Origin: Acidimicrobiia bacterium
GTDB taxonomy: Bacteria; Actinomycetota; Acidimicrobiia; Spongiisociales; ZC4RG35
DNA length: 59,637 bases
NCBI GenBank assembly: GCA_015488325.1
Contig: WFOA01000017.1
Span: 1-59,637, forward strand
Reading direction: 5' to 3'
Shown here: one piece after another, positions 51,321 to 59,637 of the stretch
Position numbering within the stretch: the first letter of the stretch is position 1
Layout of the letters: the number at the start of each line of letters is the position of its first letter
Program-made: the position numbers and the translations under genes
The notes under the pieces: model-generated
The model's input: only the letters and a program-made list of their open reading frames with translations
What the model was told of the DNA's origin: nothing
Database searches by the model: none

Positions 51321-52295
51321 ATGAGGGCCCTCGTCTGCCGTGAGCTGGGTCCGGCCGACCGCCTCAGGATCGAAGATGTGGCCGAGCCCGAACCGGGGCC
51401 GGGTGAAGTGGTGGTCGACGTCGCCGCCGCCGGCCTCAACTTCCCCGACACCCTCATCATCCAGGGCAGCTACCAGTTCCAACCGGAGCTGCCCTTCACC
51501 CCGGGCGCCGAGGCGGCGGGGACGGTATCCGCCGTCGGGGAGGACGTGACGGGCGTCGCCGTGGGAGACCGGGTCGTCGCCTTGGGTCTGTTCGGTGCGT
51601 TCGCCGAGAAGTGGAAGGTCCCGGCCGACGGACTCATCCCCATCCCCGAGGCCATGACCGAAGAACAGGCGGCCGGGTTCGGGCTCACCTACGGCACCGC
51701 CTACCACGCCCTCAAGGACCGGGCCGGGCTGGAGGCGGGCGAGGACCTGATCGTCCTCGGAGCGGCCGGTGGGGTGGGCTCCGCCGCCGTCGAGATCGGC
51801 AAGGCGATGGGCGCCCGGGTGATCGCCGCCGCGTCGACCGACGAGAAGCTGGCGTTCTGTCGGGAGCTGGGAGCCGACGACGTGATCAACTACGGCACCG
51901 AGGACCTGAAGACCCGGATGCGGGAGCTCACCGGCGGCAAGGGCGCCGACGTCGTCTACGACCCGGTGGGCGGCCCGTACACGGAGCCGGCCCTCAGGTC
52001 GACCGCCTTCGGCGGACGCTTCCTCGTGATCGGGTTCGCTTCCGGGGAGATCCCCGCCATCCCCCTCAACCTCCCGTTGCTCAAGGTGAACTCGATCGTT
52101 GGGGTGTTCTGGGGGTCCTGGTCACGGCGGAACCCGGCGGCGTCGCAACGCAACTTCGCCGAGCTGGTGCAGATGGTCGAGGAGGGACGGCTGTCGCCCC
52201 GGGTCACCCAGGTCTTCGACCTCGACGACTTCGTGGAGGCCTTCGCCACGCTGAGTGGACGCCGGGCGATCGGAAAGGTGCTGCTCCGTCCCTGA
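51321..52295 (+). CDS. NADPH:quinone oxidoreductase / zinc-type alcohol dehydrogenase-like (MDR family)
   Basis: 324 aa with a GroES-like N-domain and the Rossmann motif LGAAGGVGSAAVEIGKAMGA. Confidence 0.88.
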   Translation: MRALVCRELGPADRLRIEDVAEPEPGPGEVVVDVAAAGLNFPDTLIIQGSYQFQPELPFTPGAEAAGTVSAVGEDVTGVAVGDRVVALGLFGAFAEKWKVPADGLIPIPEAMTEEQAAGFGLTYGTAYHALKDRAGLEAGEDLIVLGAAGGVGSAAVEIGKAMGARVIAAASTDEKLAFCRELGADDVINYGTEDLKTRMRELTGGKGADVVYDPVGGPYTEPALRSTAFGGRFLVIGFASGEIPAIPLNLPLLKVNSIVGVFWGSWSRRNPAASQRNFAELVQMVEEGRLSPRVTQVFDLDDFVEAFATLSGRRAIGKVLLRP

Positions 52296-52323
52296 AGCGC
52301 GCCGAACCTGGTTTCATGGACGG

Positions 52324-53640
52324 ATGAGGCGGTTCTTCCGGCGGCTCGGCGACGCCCTCCGTACCCAGTGGGAGGAGCTGGGCAGCCTGGGGCGGGCCGC
52401 CCTCGCCGGCATCGTCGTGTCGCTGGGGGTGGCGGTCGTCCTCGGCTTCTCCATCCCCGCGGCAGCGGGGCGTCACCTGCTGGAGGCCCGGGCCGACCAG
52501 ATCGAAGCCACCGTCCAGCATTTCGCCGACCGGGGTCTCGTCCCCACCCGGATCGGTGAGGCGACCCCGGAGTTCGACGACCTGGTCCGCCTGAGGCTGC
52601 TGGGGGGCGATTCGGTGCGGGTGAAGGTCTGGAACCTCGACGGCACCATCGTCTACTCGGACGTGCCCGAGCTGATCGGCGACCGGTTCGGGTTCAGCCA
52701 CCACGCCGTCACCGCCCCCTCCGGGGAGCGTTCGATCGGCGTGTCACGACTGGAGGAGCCGGAGAACGCCTCCGAGCGCGAGTTCGGGCAGCTCCTCGAG
52801 TTCTACTTCCCCGTGTTCGACGCCAACGGCGAGGTCTTCGCCGTGTTCGAGGTGTACCAGACCGCCGACTCCTACGTGAACACCGTCTCCCGCATCCGGC
52901 GCAACGTGTGGCTGAGTATCGGATCCGGTCTCGGGTTCCTCGCCCTCTTCATGGGGGCGTTGACCCTCGCCGTCGCCGGCGTCGCCAACCGTGGCCGCCG
53001 CCAGGCGGAGGCGCTGCTGTCGGCCCTGTCCCGGGCCCAGGAGTTGGAACGCAAGCGGACGGTGGGGGCGTTGCACGACGACATCGGCCAGCCGCTCTAC
53101 CGTCTGCTGTACGGGCTGGAGGGCTGCAAGGCCCGCCTCGCGCCGGGCGACCCGGTGCGGGAGGAGCTGGAACGGCTGGAGGTGCTGGTGCGGGACATCG
53201 ACCGGACCCTCCGGGCCGAGCTCCGCAAGCTCCACCACGGAGCCCCCGACGACCTGGGTCTTGGACCGGCGCTGGAGGAGCTGGCCAGGACCATCTCCGA
53301 GGAGGGGGAACTCGCCGTCGAAGTGGAGGTATCCCTCTCCCGGGATCCCGACCCCGACGCCCGGTCGGCGCTGTACCGGGCCGTCGCCGAAGGGCTCCTG
53401 AACGTCCGTCGCCACGCCAAGACGTCCCGGGCGACGGTGCGGGTCGTCTCGGAGGACGACAAGGTGGTGGCCGAGGTGTCCGACGACGGGGTGGGGCCGG
53501 GACGTCGGGAGGGTCTGGGGATCGTCACTACCCGGGAACGGCTCGAAGCGGTAGGCGGGGGGTTGGTGGTGGAGCGACGCCGGGGCGGCGGTACCGTCTT
53601 CCGGGCCTGGGTACCGGCGACCGGGGAGGATTCGACGTGA
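52324..53640 (+). CDS. Sensor histidine kinase (HisKA_3 / NarX-DesK type)
   Basis: ATG at 52324. It has two TM segments, an H-box (LHDDIGQPLYRL) and an HATPase_c tail (SDDGVGP...GLGIVTTRERLEAVGG). Confidence 0.88.
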   Translation: MRRFFRRLGDALRTQWEELGSLGRAALAGIVVSLGVAVVLGFSIPAAAGRHLLEARADQIEATVQHFADRGLVPTRIGEATPEFDDLVRLRLLGGDSVRVKVWNLDGTIVYSDVPELIGDRFGFSHHAVTAPSGERSIGVSRLEEPENASEREFGQLLEFYFPVFDANGEVFAVFEVYQTADSYVNTVSRIRRNVWLSIGSGLGFLALFMGALTLAVAGVANRGRRQAEALLSALSRAQELERKRTVGALHDDIGQPLYRLLYGLEGCKARLAPGDPVREELERLEVLVRDIDRTLRAELRKLHHGAPDDLGLGPALEELARTISEEGELAVEVEVSLSRDPDPDARSALYRAVAEGLLNVRRHAKTSRATVRVVSEDDKVVAEVSDDGVGPGRREGLGIVTTRERLEAVGGGLVVERRRGGGTVFRAWVPATGEDST

Positions 53641-54260
53641 AGGTGATCATCGCCGACGACCATCGCATCGTACGGGAGGGCCTCCGGTGGATGCTCGCCG
53701 ACCGTGACGACATCGAGATCGTCGGGGAGGCGGAGAACGGCCGGGAGCTGCTGAAGCTGGTGACCGAGACCGAGGCGGACATCTGCCTCCTCGACGTGCG
53801 CATGCCCGAGATGGGCGGGTTGGAGGCGTTGGAACGGTTACGGGAGGTGGCTCCCGGGCTTCGGGTGATCATCCTCACCATGCACGACCAACCGGCCTAT
53901 CTGCGTCGGGCCATCGAGCTGGGTGCGTCCGGGTACGTGCTGAAGAACACCGGCCGTGACGAGCTGATGCGGGCGTTGGAGGTGGTCGCCCGAGGGGACG
54001 CCTACCTGCAGGGGGAGCTGACGCGTCCCCTCGTATCCGAACTGGTCGGGGACGACGAGGGACGCAGACTCCTCGACGAGCGGGAGCGGCGGGTGTTGCA
54101 GCTCGTCGCCCGGGGACTCGACAACCGGGCCATCGGCGAGGAGATCGGTATGTCGGAGGCCACGGTGAAGAACGTGCTCGGGTCGGTGTTCGATGCCCTC
54201 GGGGCGAAGACCCGGGCGGAGGCGGTGGCGGTGGGGCTCCGCCTCGGCATCATCGAGTGA
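53637..54260 (+). CDS. NarL/LuxR-family response regulator
   Basis: GTG at 53637 overlaps the kinase stop (GTGA). It has a receiver domain (VIIADDHRIVREG, LLDVRMPEMGG) and a LuxR HTH (ERERRVLQLVARGLDNRAIGEEIGMSEATVKN). Confidence 0.92.
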   Translation: MKVIIADDHRIVREGLRWMLADRDDIEIVGEAENGRELLKLVTETEADICLLDVRMPEMGGLEALERLREVAPGLRVIILTMHDQPAYLRRAIELGASGYVLKNTGRDELMRALEVVARGDAYLQGELTRPLVSELVGDDEGRRLLDERERRVLQLVARGLDNRAIGEEIGMSEATVKNVLGSVFDALGAKTRAEAVAVGLRLGIIE

Positions 54261-54710
54261 TCATCCGCGGCCGAGCCACGTCTCGATCCCGGTCCGGCGG
54301 GTCCGGTCGACGAGTTCGACCCGCAACCCTCCCGGCAGCCGATGGTAGGTGAAGCTCTGCAGGCCCGGGGTGTCGTAGGTGACTTCGACCGGGGCCCCAC
54401 GGTCGGTGAGACGGGCGGCCGCTTCGGCCAGGTGGTCGACCCAGACACCGACGTGGTGGATCCCCGGTCCGGTCTCCCACGGGGTCCCCGGGACCTGTTC
54501 GATCAGTTCGAGATGGGGCGGCCCCTCCACGGAGTACACGAATCGCAACTCGGCTTCGAAGGTCCCGTCGGGACCCCGGAAGGTTCGGCGTCGGATCTGG
54601 GGGGTGGGCCAGGTGAGGCTCAGGGCTGCGCCGAGCTCGGCCATCGCCGTTTCGAGTTCGGGCACGACGATCCCCACGTGATAGACGTCGTTCCAGTCGA
54701 TCGGAGTCAT
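54261..54710 (-). CDS. VOC (glyoxalase/bleomycin-resistance/dioxygenase) family protein
   Basis: The pattern is VYHVGIVVPELETAMAEL ... IHHVGVWVDHLAEAAARL. ATG at 54710 is preferred. An alternative ATG is at 54731. Confidence 0.75.
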   Translation of the reverse strand: MTPIDWNDVYHVGIVVPELETAMAELGAALSLTWPTPQIRRRTFRGPDGTFEAELRFVYSVEGPPHLELIEQVPGTPWETGPGIHHVGVWVDHLAEAAARLTDRGAPVEVTYDTPGLQSFTYHRLPGGLRVELVDRTRRTGIETWLGRG

Positions 54711-54780
54711 TTCACCCTTCTTCGCCGACATCCGCCGAGGTCGGGAGCTAGCATATCGCCCCAACGACTGAAAGGATCTG

Positions 54781-55962
54781 ATGATTAGAGGATATGTAGA
54801 TCCTGGTTTCTCTGCCGTCGAGGAAGCTTTCTCCGCCAACTTCACCGAACGGGGCGACACCGGCGCCGCCGTCACCGCCTACGTCGACGGGCGCAAGGTG
54901 GTGGACCTGTGGGGTGGGGAACGGGCACCCGGTGCCGAATGGGACGAAGACACCGTCGTCTTGGTCTGGTCGGCGACGAAGGGGATGACTTCCCTGGTGA
55001 TCCAGCGGCTCGTCGACACCGGGAGGCTCGACCTCCACGCCCCCGTCACCCGCTGGTGGCCCGAGTTCGGGACCGGCGGAAAAGAGGACGTCACCGTGGC
55101 CGACATCCTCACCCACGGTGCCCGCCTCCCCTACCCGCCCGGCTACGAGGCCGTCGCCACGGCCGACGGACCCGCCGGATGGGATCGGGTCGGAGACCTC
55201 ACCGCCCTGTTGGAACGAGCCGAACCGGTGCTGCCCCCCGGCGCCCACGGATACCACGCCATGACCTTCGGGCTGTTGCTCAACGAGGTCGTGCGCCGGG
55301 CGACGGGCGGCACCATCGGCGAGATCTTCGCCTCCGAGATCGCCGGACCCCTGGGGCTCGACCAGGCCTGGATCGGCCAGCCACCCGAGGTGGATCCCCA
55401 GGTGGCGGAGCTTCACCTCACGGTGCCGCCACCACCGACCGACGACCCCGACTTCCTGGCGGCGATGGCGTTCGCCATGAGCTCGGAAGGTCCCATCGGG
55501 CGGGCCCTCATGGTGGGGCCGTCGGGGGCGATGAACTTCGCCGAGACCGGCAACGACCCGGGGTTCCGCCATGTCGAACACCCCGCCGCCAACGGGGTCG
55601 TGTCGGCCCGGTCCCTCGCCCGGATGTACGCCATGCTCGCCGCCGGCGGGACCCTCGACGGCGTCTCGGTCGTCTCCGCCGAGTCGGTGGAGTCCCACTC
55701 CGCCGAGCAATGGCGTGGAGAGGACGCCACATTCCTCGCCGAGAAGCGGTACGCCTTCGGATACATGCTCCCGGGCACTCCGACGGAGCGTTTCGGACCC
55801 GCCGAGAAGGCGTTCGGGCATCCGGGGATGGGCGGATCCCTCGGGTTCGCCGACCCGGAGGCCAACGTCGGGTTCGCCTACGTGACACGGCACATGGTGT
55901 TCGAGGTGGCGGTCGACCCGCGGGTGAACGCCCTCGCCGACGCCCTCTATGGTTGCCTCTGA
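54781..55962 (+). CDS. Serine hydrolase of the beta-lactamase/esterase (class C-like) family
   Basis: SxxK motif (WSATKGMTS) at the expected position. There is also a YHA/YxN-like motif and a C-terminal HPGMGGS. Confidence 0.85.
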   Translation: MIRGYVDPGFSAVEEAFSANFTERGDTGAAVTAYVDGRKVVDLWGGERAPGAEWDEDTVVLVWSATKGMTSLVIQRLVDTGRLDLHAPVTRWWPEFGTGGKEDVTVADILTHGARLPYPPGYEAVATADGPAGWDRVGDLTALLERAEPVLPPGAHGYHAMTFGLLLNEVVRRATGGTIGEIFASEIAGPLGLDQAWIGQPPEVDPQVAELHLTVPPPPTDDPDFLAAMAFAMSSEGPIGRALMVGPSGAMNFAETGNDPGFRHVEHPAANGVVSARSLARMYAMLAAGGTLDGVSVVSAESVESHSAEQWRGEDATFLAEKRYAFGYMLPGTPTERFGPAEKAFGHPGMGGSLGFADPEANVGFAYVTRHMVFEVAVDPRVNALADALYGCL

Positions 55963-56013
55963 GCGAGATCGGGTTCGACCCGAGTACCGGGAGGATTCGG
56001 CGAGGCGGGAGAG

Positions 56014-57483
56014 GTGACCCAGGTCGAGATCGCAGGGGTGGACGTTCCCACCGGCCACCTCATCGGAGACGAACGCATCGGTGGTGGACCCGGGTTCGCG
56101 GTCCACAGCCCGATCGACGGGGCGTTCCTCGCGGAGGTGCCCCGGGGCGGTGCCGACGAGGTCGACGCCGCCGTCGCCGCCGCCCGCGACGCCTTCCCGA
56201 CCTGGGCCCGCCTGGGACCCGAAGGCCGTGGCGTCCTCCTGGATCGTCTGGCGGCCCTGATCCTCGAACGGGTGGACGAGATCGCAGCCGTCGAGACCCA
56301 CGACAACGGGTCCCTCATCATCGGCAACCGACGCAACGTGATCCCGCGTGGTGCCCGCAACATCTCGTTCTTCGCCGAATGGGCCAGGGACCGGCTCGGC
56401 GGCGAGGTGATCGAAGGAGAAGCAACCCGGGACCACGTCCGGTACGAACCCGCCGGGGTCGCCGCCCTCATCGTGCCCTGGAACGCCCCGTTCATGTTGG
56501 GGACCTGGAAGGTGGGCCCCGCCCTCGCTGCCGGGAACACCGTCGTGGTGAAGCCGCCCGAATGGGCACCCCTCACCCTCTCGATGCTCGGCGACCTCGC
56601 CCTCGAGGTGGGGATCCCCCCCGGAGTGGTCAACGTCGTCCACGGGATCGGAGAGGAGGCGGGCGCGGCCCTCGTCCGGCATCCCGGGGTGGACCGGGTG
56701 TCGTTCACCGGCTCCACCGAGACCGGCTCGTCCATCGCCGAGGTCGCCGGCCGCCGTCTCGTCCCCGTCTCGATGGAGCTCGGCGGCAAATCCCCCTTCG
56801 TCGTCTTCGCCGACGCCGATCTCCAGGCCGCGGCCCGTACCGTCTCCCGGCAGTTCATCAACGCCGGGCAGGTGTGCCTGGCGGGGACCCGCGTCCTCGT
56901 CGAAGCGTCGGTCGCCGACGAGTTCTTGGAGATGGTGCGGGCCGAGACGGGGCGACTTCCGGTCGGGGATCCCCGTGACGAGGGGACGCGGATCGGGCCC
57001 CTCATCACACCCGAGCATCGGGACCGGGTCGACGGGTTCGTAGGTCGGGCCCTCGAACAGGGCGCCGAGGTGCTGCTCGGCGGGGGGAGGCACCCCTTCG
57101 GCGAGCTCTACTACCAGCCCACCATCCTCGGGGCGGTGGACCAGGACTTCGAGATCGTCCAGCGGGAGGTGTTCGGTCCCGTCCTCACCTGGCAGACCTT
57201 CACCGACGAAGACGAGGCCGTCGCCCTGGCCAACGGTACCGAGTACGGGCTGGCGGCGATGGTCTACACCCGCGACGAGGACAGGGGGATGCGGGTGGCC
57301 TCGGCGATCGTCGCCGGCACCGTCTGGGTGAACTGTTTCTTCGTCCGGGACCTGCGGGCGCCCTTCGGCGGAGCGCGTCGTTCGGGGATCGGTCGGGAGG
57401 GAGGCACCTGGAGCTTCGACTTCTACTGTGACGTCAAGAACGTCTCGGTGCGTCGCGGATCCTTCGAAGGAGGTACATCGTGA
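56014..57483 (+). CDS. NAD(P)-dependent aldehyde dehydrogenase (HpaE/semialdehyde dehydrogenase-like)
   Basis: GTG at 56014. It has VPWNAPFML, the catalytic region ELGGKSPFVVF and GQVCLAGTR, and EEVFGP-like REVFGPV. Confidence 0.9.
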   Translation: MTQVEIAGVDVPTGHLIGDERIGGGPGFAVHSPIDGAFLAEVPRGGADEVDAAVAAARDAFPTWARLGPEGRGVLLDRLAALILERVDEIAAVETHDNGSLIIGNRRNVIPRGARNISFFAEWARDRLGGEVIEGEATRDHVRYEPAGVAALIVPWNAPFMLGTWKVGPALAAGNTVVVKPPEWAPLTLSMLGDLALEVGIPPGVVNVVHGIGEEAGAALVRHPGVDRVSFTGSTETGSSIAEVAGRRLVPVSMELGGKSPFVVFADADLQAAARTVSRQFINAGQVCLAGTRVLVEASVADEFLEMVRAETGRLPVGDPRDEGTRIGPLITPEHRDRVDGFVGRALEQGAEVLLGGGRHPFGELYYQPTILGAVDQDFEIVQREVFGPVLTWQTFTDEDEAVALANGTEYGLAAMVYTRDEDRGMRVASAIVAGTVWVNCFFVRDLRAPFGGARRSGIGREGGTWSFDFYCDVKNVSVRRGSFEGGTS

Positions 57484-58268
57484 GTCTCGTCGGCTGGACC
57501 CTTCCCCTCAGTCCCACGGGCCGTTCCCAGCTCGTCCCTCCGCCTCCGTGGCACTACTCGGGGGAGATCATCGGGGTCGACTTCCAGACGGATCCCGACC
57601 GGGTCGCGGCCTACGTCCCCGACGGCTTCGAACCCAGCGCCGACGGGAGGGCCTCCTTCGTGTTCGCCGAGTGGTGTTCGGCGGCCGACGCCGACCCCCT
57701 CGTCCGGGACGACCCCGCCCGGGGACAGTACCGGGAGGCGTATCTGGTACTGCACGGCCGCTTCGCCGGGCGGCGGGCAGGTCGGGTGCCCTTCATCTGG
57801 GTCGACTCGGACCTGTCGCTGGTGCGGGGCCTCATCCAGGGGTTCCCGAAGAAGCTCGGCACCATCGCCATGACGAGGCCGGTGGAGCTGGGACGGGGCG
57901 GATACCGCAAGGAGCCGGGAGCCCGGTTCCGTGGGCACGTCTCCGCCCTGGGACGGCGACTGGTCACCGCCGCCGTCGATCTGGAAGGGACCCGGACCGA
58001 CTGGTACCCGCCCGGGATCGCGACTCCCCTCCTCCACACCCGCCTCTGGCCGGGACTCGACGGCGGGGAGCCGGCGGTGTCGGAGTTGGCTCGGGCCACG
58101 ATCGAAGGATTCGAGCTGGGGGAGGTGTTCGTGGGTTCGGCCAGCCTCGAGTTCGGCGCATCGGAGTTCGACGAGATCTCCGAGCTGGCCCCGACCGACG
58201 TCGGGGACGGATACGTGTGCTCGGTGGCGTTCAGCGTGACCGGTGGAGAGGTGGTGGGCCGGCCATGA
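57480..58268 (+). CDS. Acetoacetate decarboxylase (ADC) family protein
   Basis: 262 aa. Typical ADC-family N-terminus (LPLSPTGRSQLVPPPPWHYSGEIIGVDF.TDPDRVAAYVP) and the motif GFPKKLG. The start overlaps the ALDH stop (GTGA). Confidence 0.75.
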   Translation: MSLVGWTLPLSPTGRSQLVPPPPWHYSGEIIGVDFQTDPDRVAAYVPDGFEPSADGRASFVFAEWCSAADADPLVRDDPARGQYREAYLVLHGRFAGRRAGRVPFIWVDSDLSLVRGLIQGFPKKLGTIAMTRPVELGRGGYRKEPGARFRGHVSALGRRLVTAAVDLEGTRTDWYPPGIATPLLHTRLWPGLDGGEPAVSELARATIEGFELGEVFVGSASLEFGASEFDEISELAPTDVGDGYVCSVAFSVTGGEVVGRP

Positions 58269-59140
58269 GCGTGCTCGACGGACCGCGGGAGGAGCAGCGT
58301 CGGATCCTGTTCGAAGGGCGAGCCCACTGGGTGCGGCCCGACGGCGACGAGCTGGTGCTGGGCGACGGGCGGCGGATCCCCGAGATGGACGCCGTCTACC
58401 TGCCCCCCTGTGAGCCCACCAAGATCATCTGTGTCCACCTCAACTACGAGTCCCGACGGGTCGAGTTCGGGGCCCCCGAACTCGTCACCCCCACCTACTT
58501 CATGAAACCGACCACCTCCCTCGCCGGCCATCGTGGCTGGGCCGACCGTCCCCAGGGATGCCGGTACCTGAACTACGAAGGCGAGTTGGCGGCGGTCATC
58601 GGCAAGCCCACCCGGAACGTCTCCCCCGACGAGGTCTGGTCCCACCTGGCCGGGTTCGCCCCCGCCAACGACATCGGCCTCCACGACTTCCGGGACACCG
58701 ACGCCGGGTCGATGCTCAGGGTGAAGGGCCAGGACGGGTTCTGTCCGATCGGTCCGGGCCTGGTGCGAGGGGTCGACGTCCGCCGTTCCACCCTGCGGAC
58801 CTACCTGAACGGCGAGATCGTCCAGGAGGCGCCCCTGGCCGAGATGAACTTCGGTATCGACTACCTCGTCGCCGACCTGGCACGTCACATCACCCTCCTC
58901 CCGGGGGATGTCGTGCTGACGGGGACGCCCGCCAACTCCCGGCCGATGCAGCCGGGCGATGTGGTGGAGGTGGAGGTGACCGATGTCGGCCGCCTCAGCA
59001 CCACCATCGGGGAGATCCCCGCTCCCCGCCACGAGGTCGGCCACCAACCCACCGACTCGAAGAACGTTCGTTTCGTGGCGTTGGGAAGCGACTACCGACG
59101 GATGCGCGAAGAAGAGAAGCGGCGGGAGAGGGAGGGCTGA
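58265..59140 (+). CDS. Fumarylacetoacetate hydrolase (FAH) family protein (hydratase/decarboxylase/isomerase type)
   Basis: ATG at 58265 overlaps the upstream stop (ATGA). FAH-fold motifs are KIICVHLNY, YEGELAAVIGK and PGDVVLTGTP. Confidence 0.88.
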   Translation: MSVLDGPREEQRRILFEGRAHWVRPDGDELVLGDGRRIPEMDAVYLPPCEPTKIICVHLNYESRRVEFGAPELVTPTYFMKPTTSLAGHRGWADRPQGCRYLNYEGELAAVIGKPTRNVSPDEVWSHLAGFAPANDIGLHDFRDTDAGSMLRVKGQDGFCPIGPGLVRGVDVRRSTLRTYLNGEIVQEAPLAEMNFGIDYLVADLARHITLLPGDVVLTGTPANSRPMQPGDVVEVEVTDVGRLSTTIGEIPAPRHEVGHQPTDSKNVRFVALGSDYRRMREEEKRREREG

Positions 59141-59141
59141 C

Positions 59142-59637
59142 GTGGCGCCCTGGGCGATCGGTGAGGTGGGCGACCGGGAGGGGGCCCTGGCGGAGACGAT
59201 CGAACGGGCCCGGGAGCGGGTTCGCTTCTACGCCGACCTGCATGCGGGGATCACGTCGACCCGCCTGGAGGACCTCCCCACGTTCACCAAGGCGGACCTC
59301 CGACCCTACGGTCTCTTCCCCCTCTCGAGCGCGGCCCTGGCCGAGGCCCACCGGGTGTGTGCCACCTCCGGCACCACCGGCCCACGGTTGTTCATCGGGT
59401 ATTCGCGTGCCGACTGGGAGGAGCGGGCTGCTGCCCGCCTGGCCCACCGCGCCGCCTACGCCGGGTTTGGGGCCGGTGACGTGATGCTGAACCTGTTGGG
59501 GTACGGACTGTGGGTGGGGGGCCCGGCCCTCGATCTGATGGCCAACGCCTCGGGGGCGGGGCTGGTGCCCGCTGGTCCCGGGGGGGGGGACCGGGTGTTC
59601 GCGTGGCTGGAGGAGCTGCCGATCACCGGGTTGGCGG
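59142..59637 (+). CDS. Phenylacetate-CoA ligase (PaaK)/F390-synthetase-family adenylating enzyme, 3' end cut by window edge
   Basis: GTG at 59142, 1 nt after the FAH stop. The frame stays open to the window end and is not in the ORF track because it has no stop. My own translation gives ...FYADLHAGI...LPTFTKADLRPY...CATSGTTGPRLFIGYSRADWE...GYGLWVGG, which includes the TSGTTG AMP-binding motif. Confidence 0.75.
   Translation, partial: MAPWAIGEVGDREGALAETIERARERVRFYADLHAGITSTRLEDLPTFTKADLRPYGLFPLSSAALAEAHRVCATSGTTGPRLFIGYSRADWEERAAARLAHRAAYAGFGAGDVMLNLLGYGLWVGGPALDLMANASGAGLVPAGPGGGDRVFAWLEELPITGLA

Overview
This is a high-GC, actinobacterial-type chromosomal segment with about 60 tightly packed protein genes. 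Many adjacent genes have overlapping stop and start codons. I saw no rRNA, tRNA, CRISPR array, transposase or integrase.

Gene content from left to right:
- a RegX3/SenX3-like phosphate two-component pair fused into an operon with a Na/Pi symporter and a PhoU-like protein
- dxs
- a general amino-acid ABC transporter with oversized permeases
- a PQQ-like propeller protein and a polytopic membrane protein
- an M20 amidohydrolase
- a PadR / (HAAS-like::NfeD) / SPFH operon
- a small AT-richer islet carrying hicA, hicB and a third coupled ORF
- a class I glutamine amidotransferase
- clpB behind an HspR-type HAIR operator
- a second AT-richer islet (MerR regulator, secreted protein, small membrane protein) bounded by copies of a GACCCTGGGTC-core repeat, including a 4 x 36-bp array
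- an F420/LLM oxidoreductase
- metY, an alpha/beta hydrolase and metX
- a methylcrotonyl-CoA-carboxylase-like cluster carrying three copies of a conserved 39-nt inverted-repeat element and a perfect 36-bp tandem duplication
- a GMC oxidoreductase
- several SDRs, a P-type ATPase and a cupin
- a cluster of two acyl-CoA dehydrogenases, TetR, MaoC, a thiolase and a quinone oxidoreductase
- a NarL-type two-component pair
- a cluster of aldehyde dehydrogenase, ADC-family, FAH-family and PaaK-like genes that runs off the right edge

The most unusual signals are the PadR-coupled sensor::NfeD fusion, the three-gene hicAB islet, the repeat-bounded MerR islet, and the 39-nt element. All functional calls rest on motif recognition by eye. 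No database search was run.
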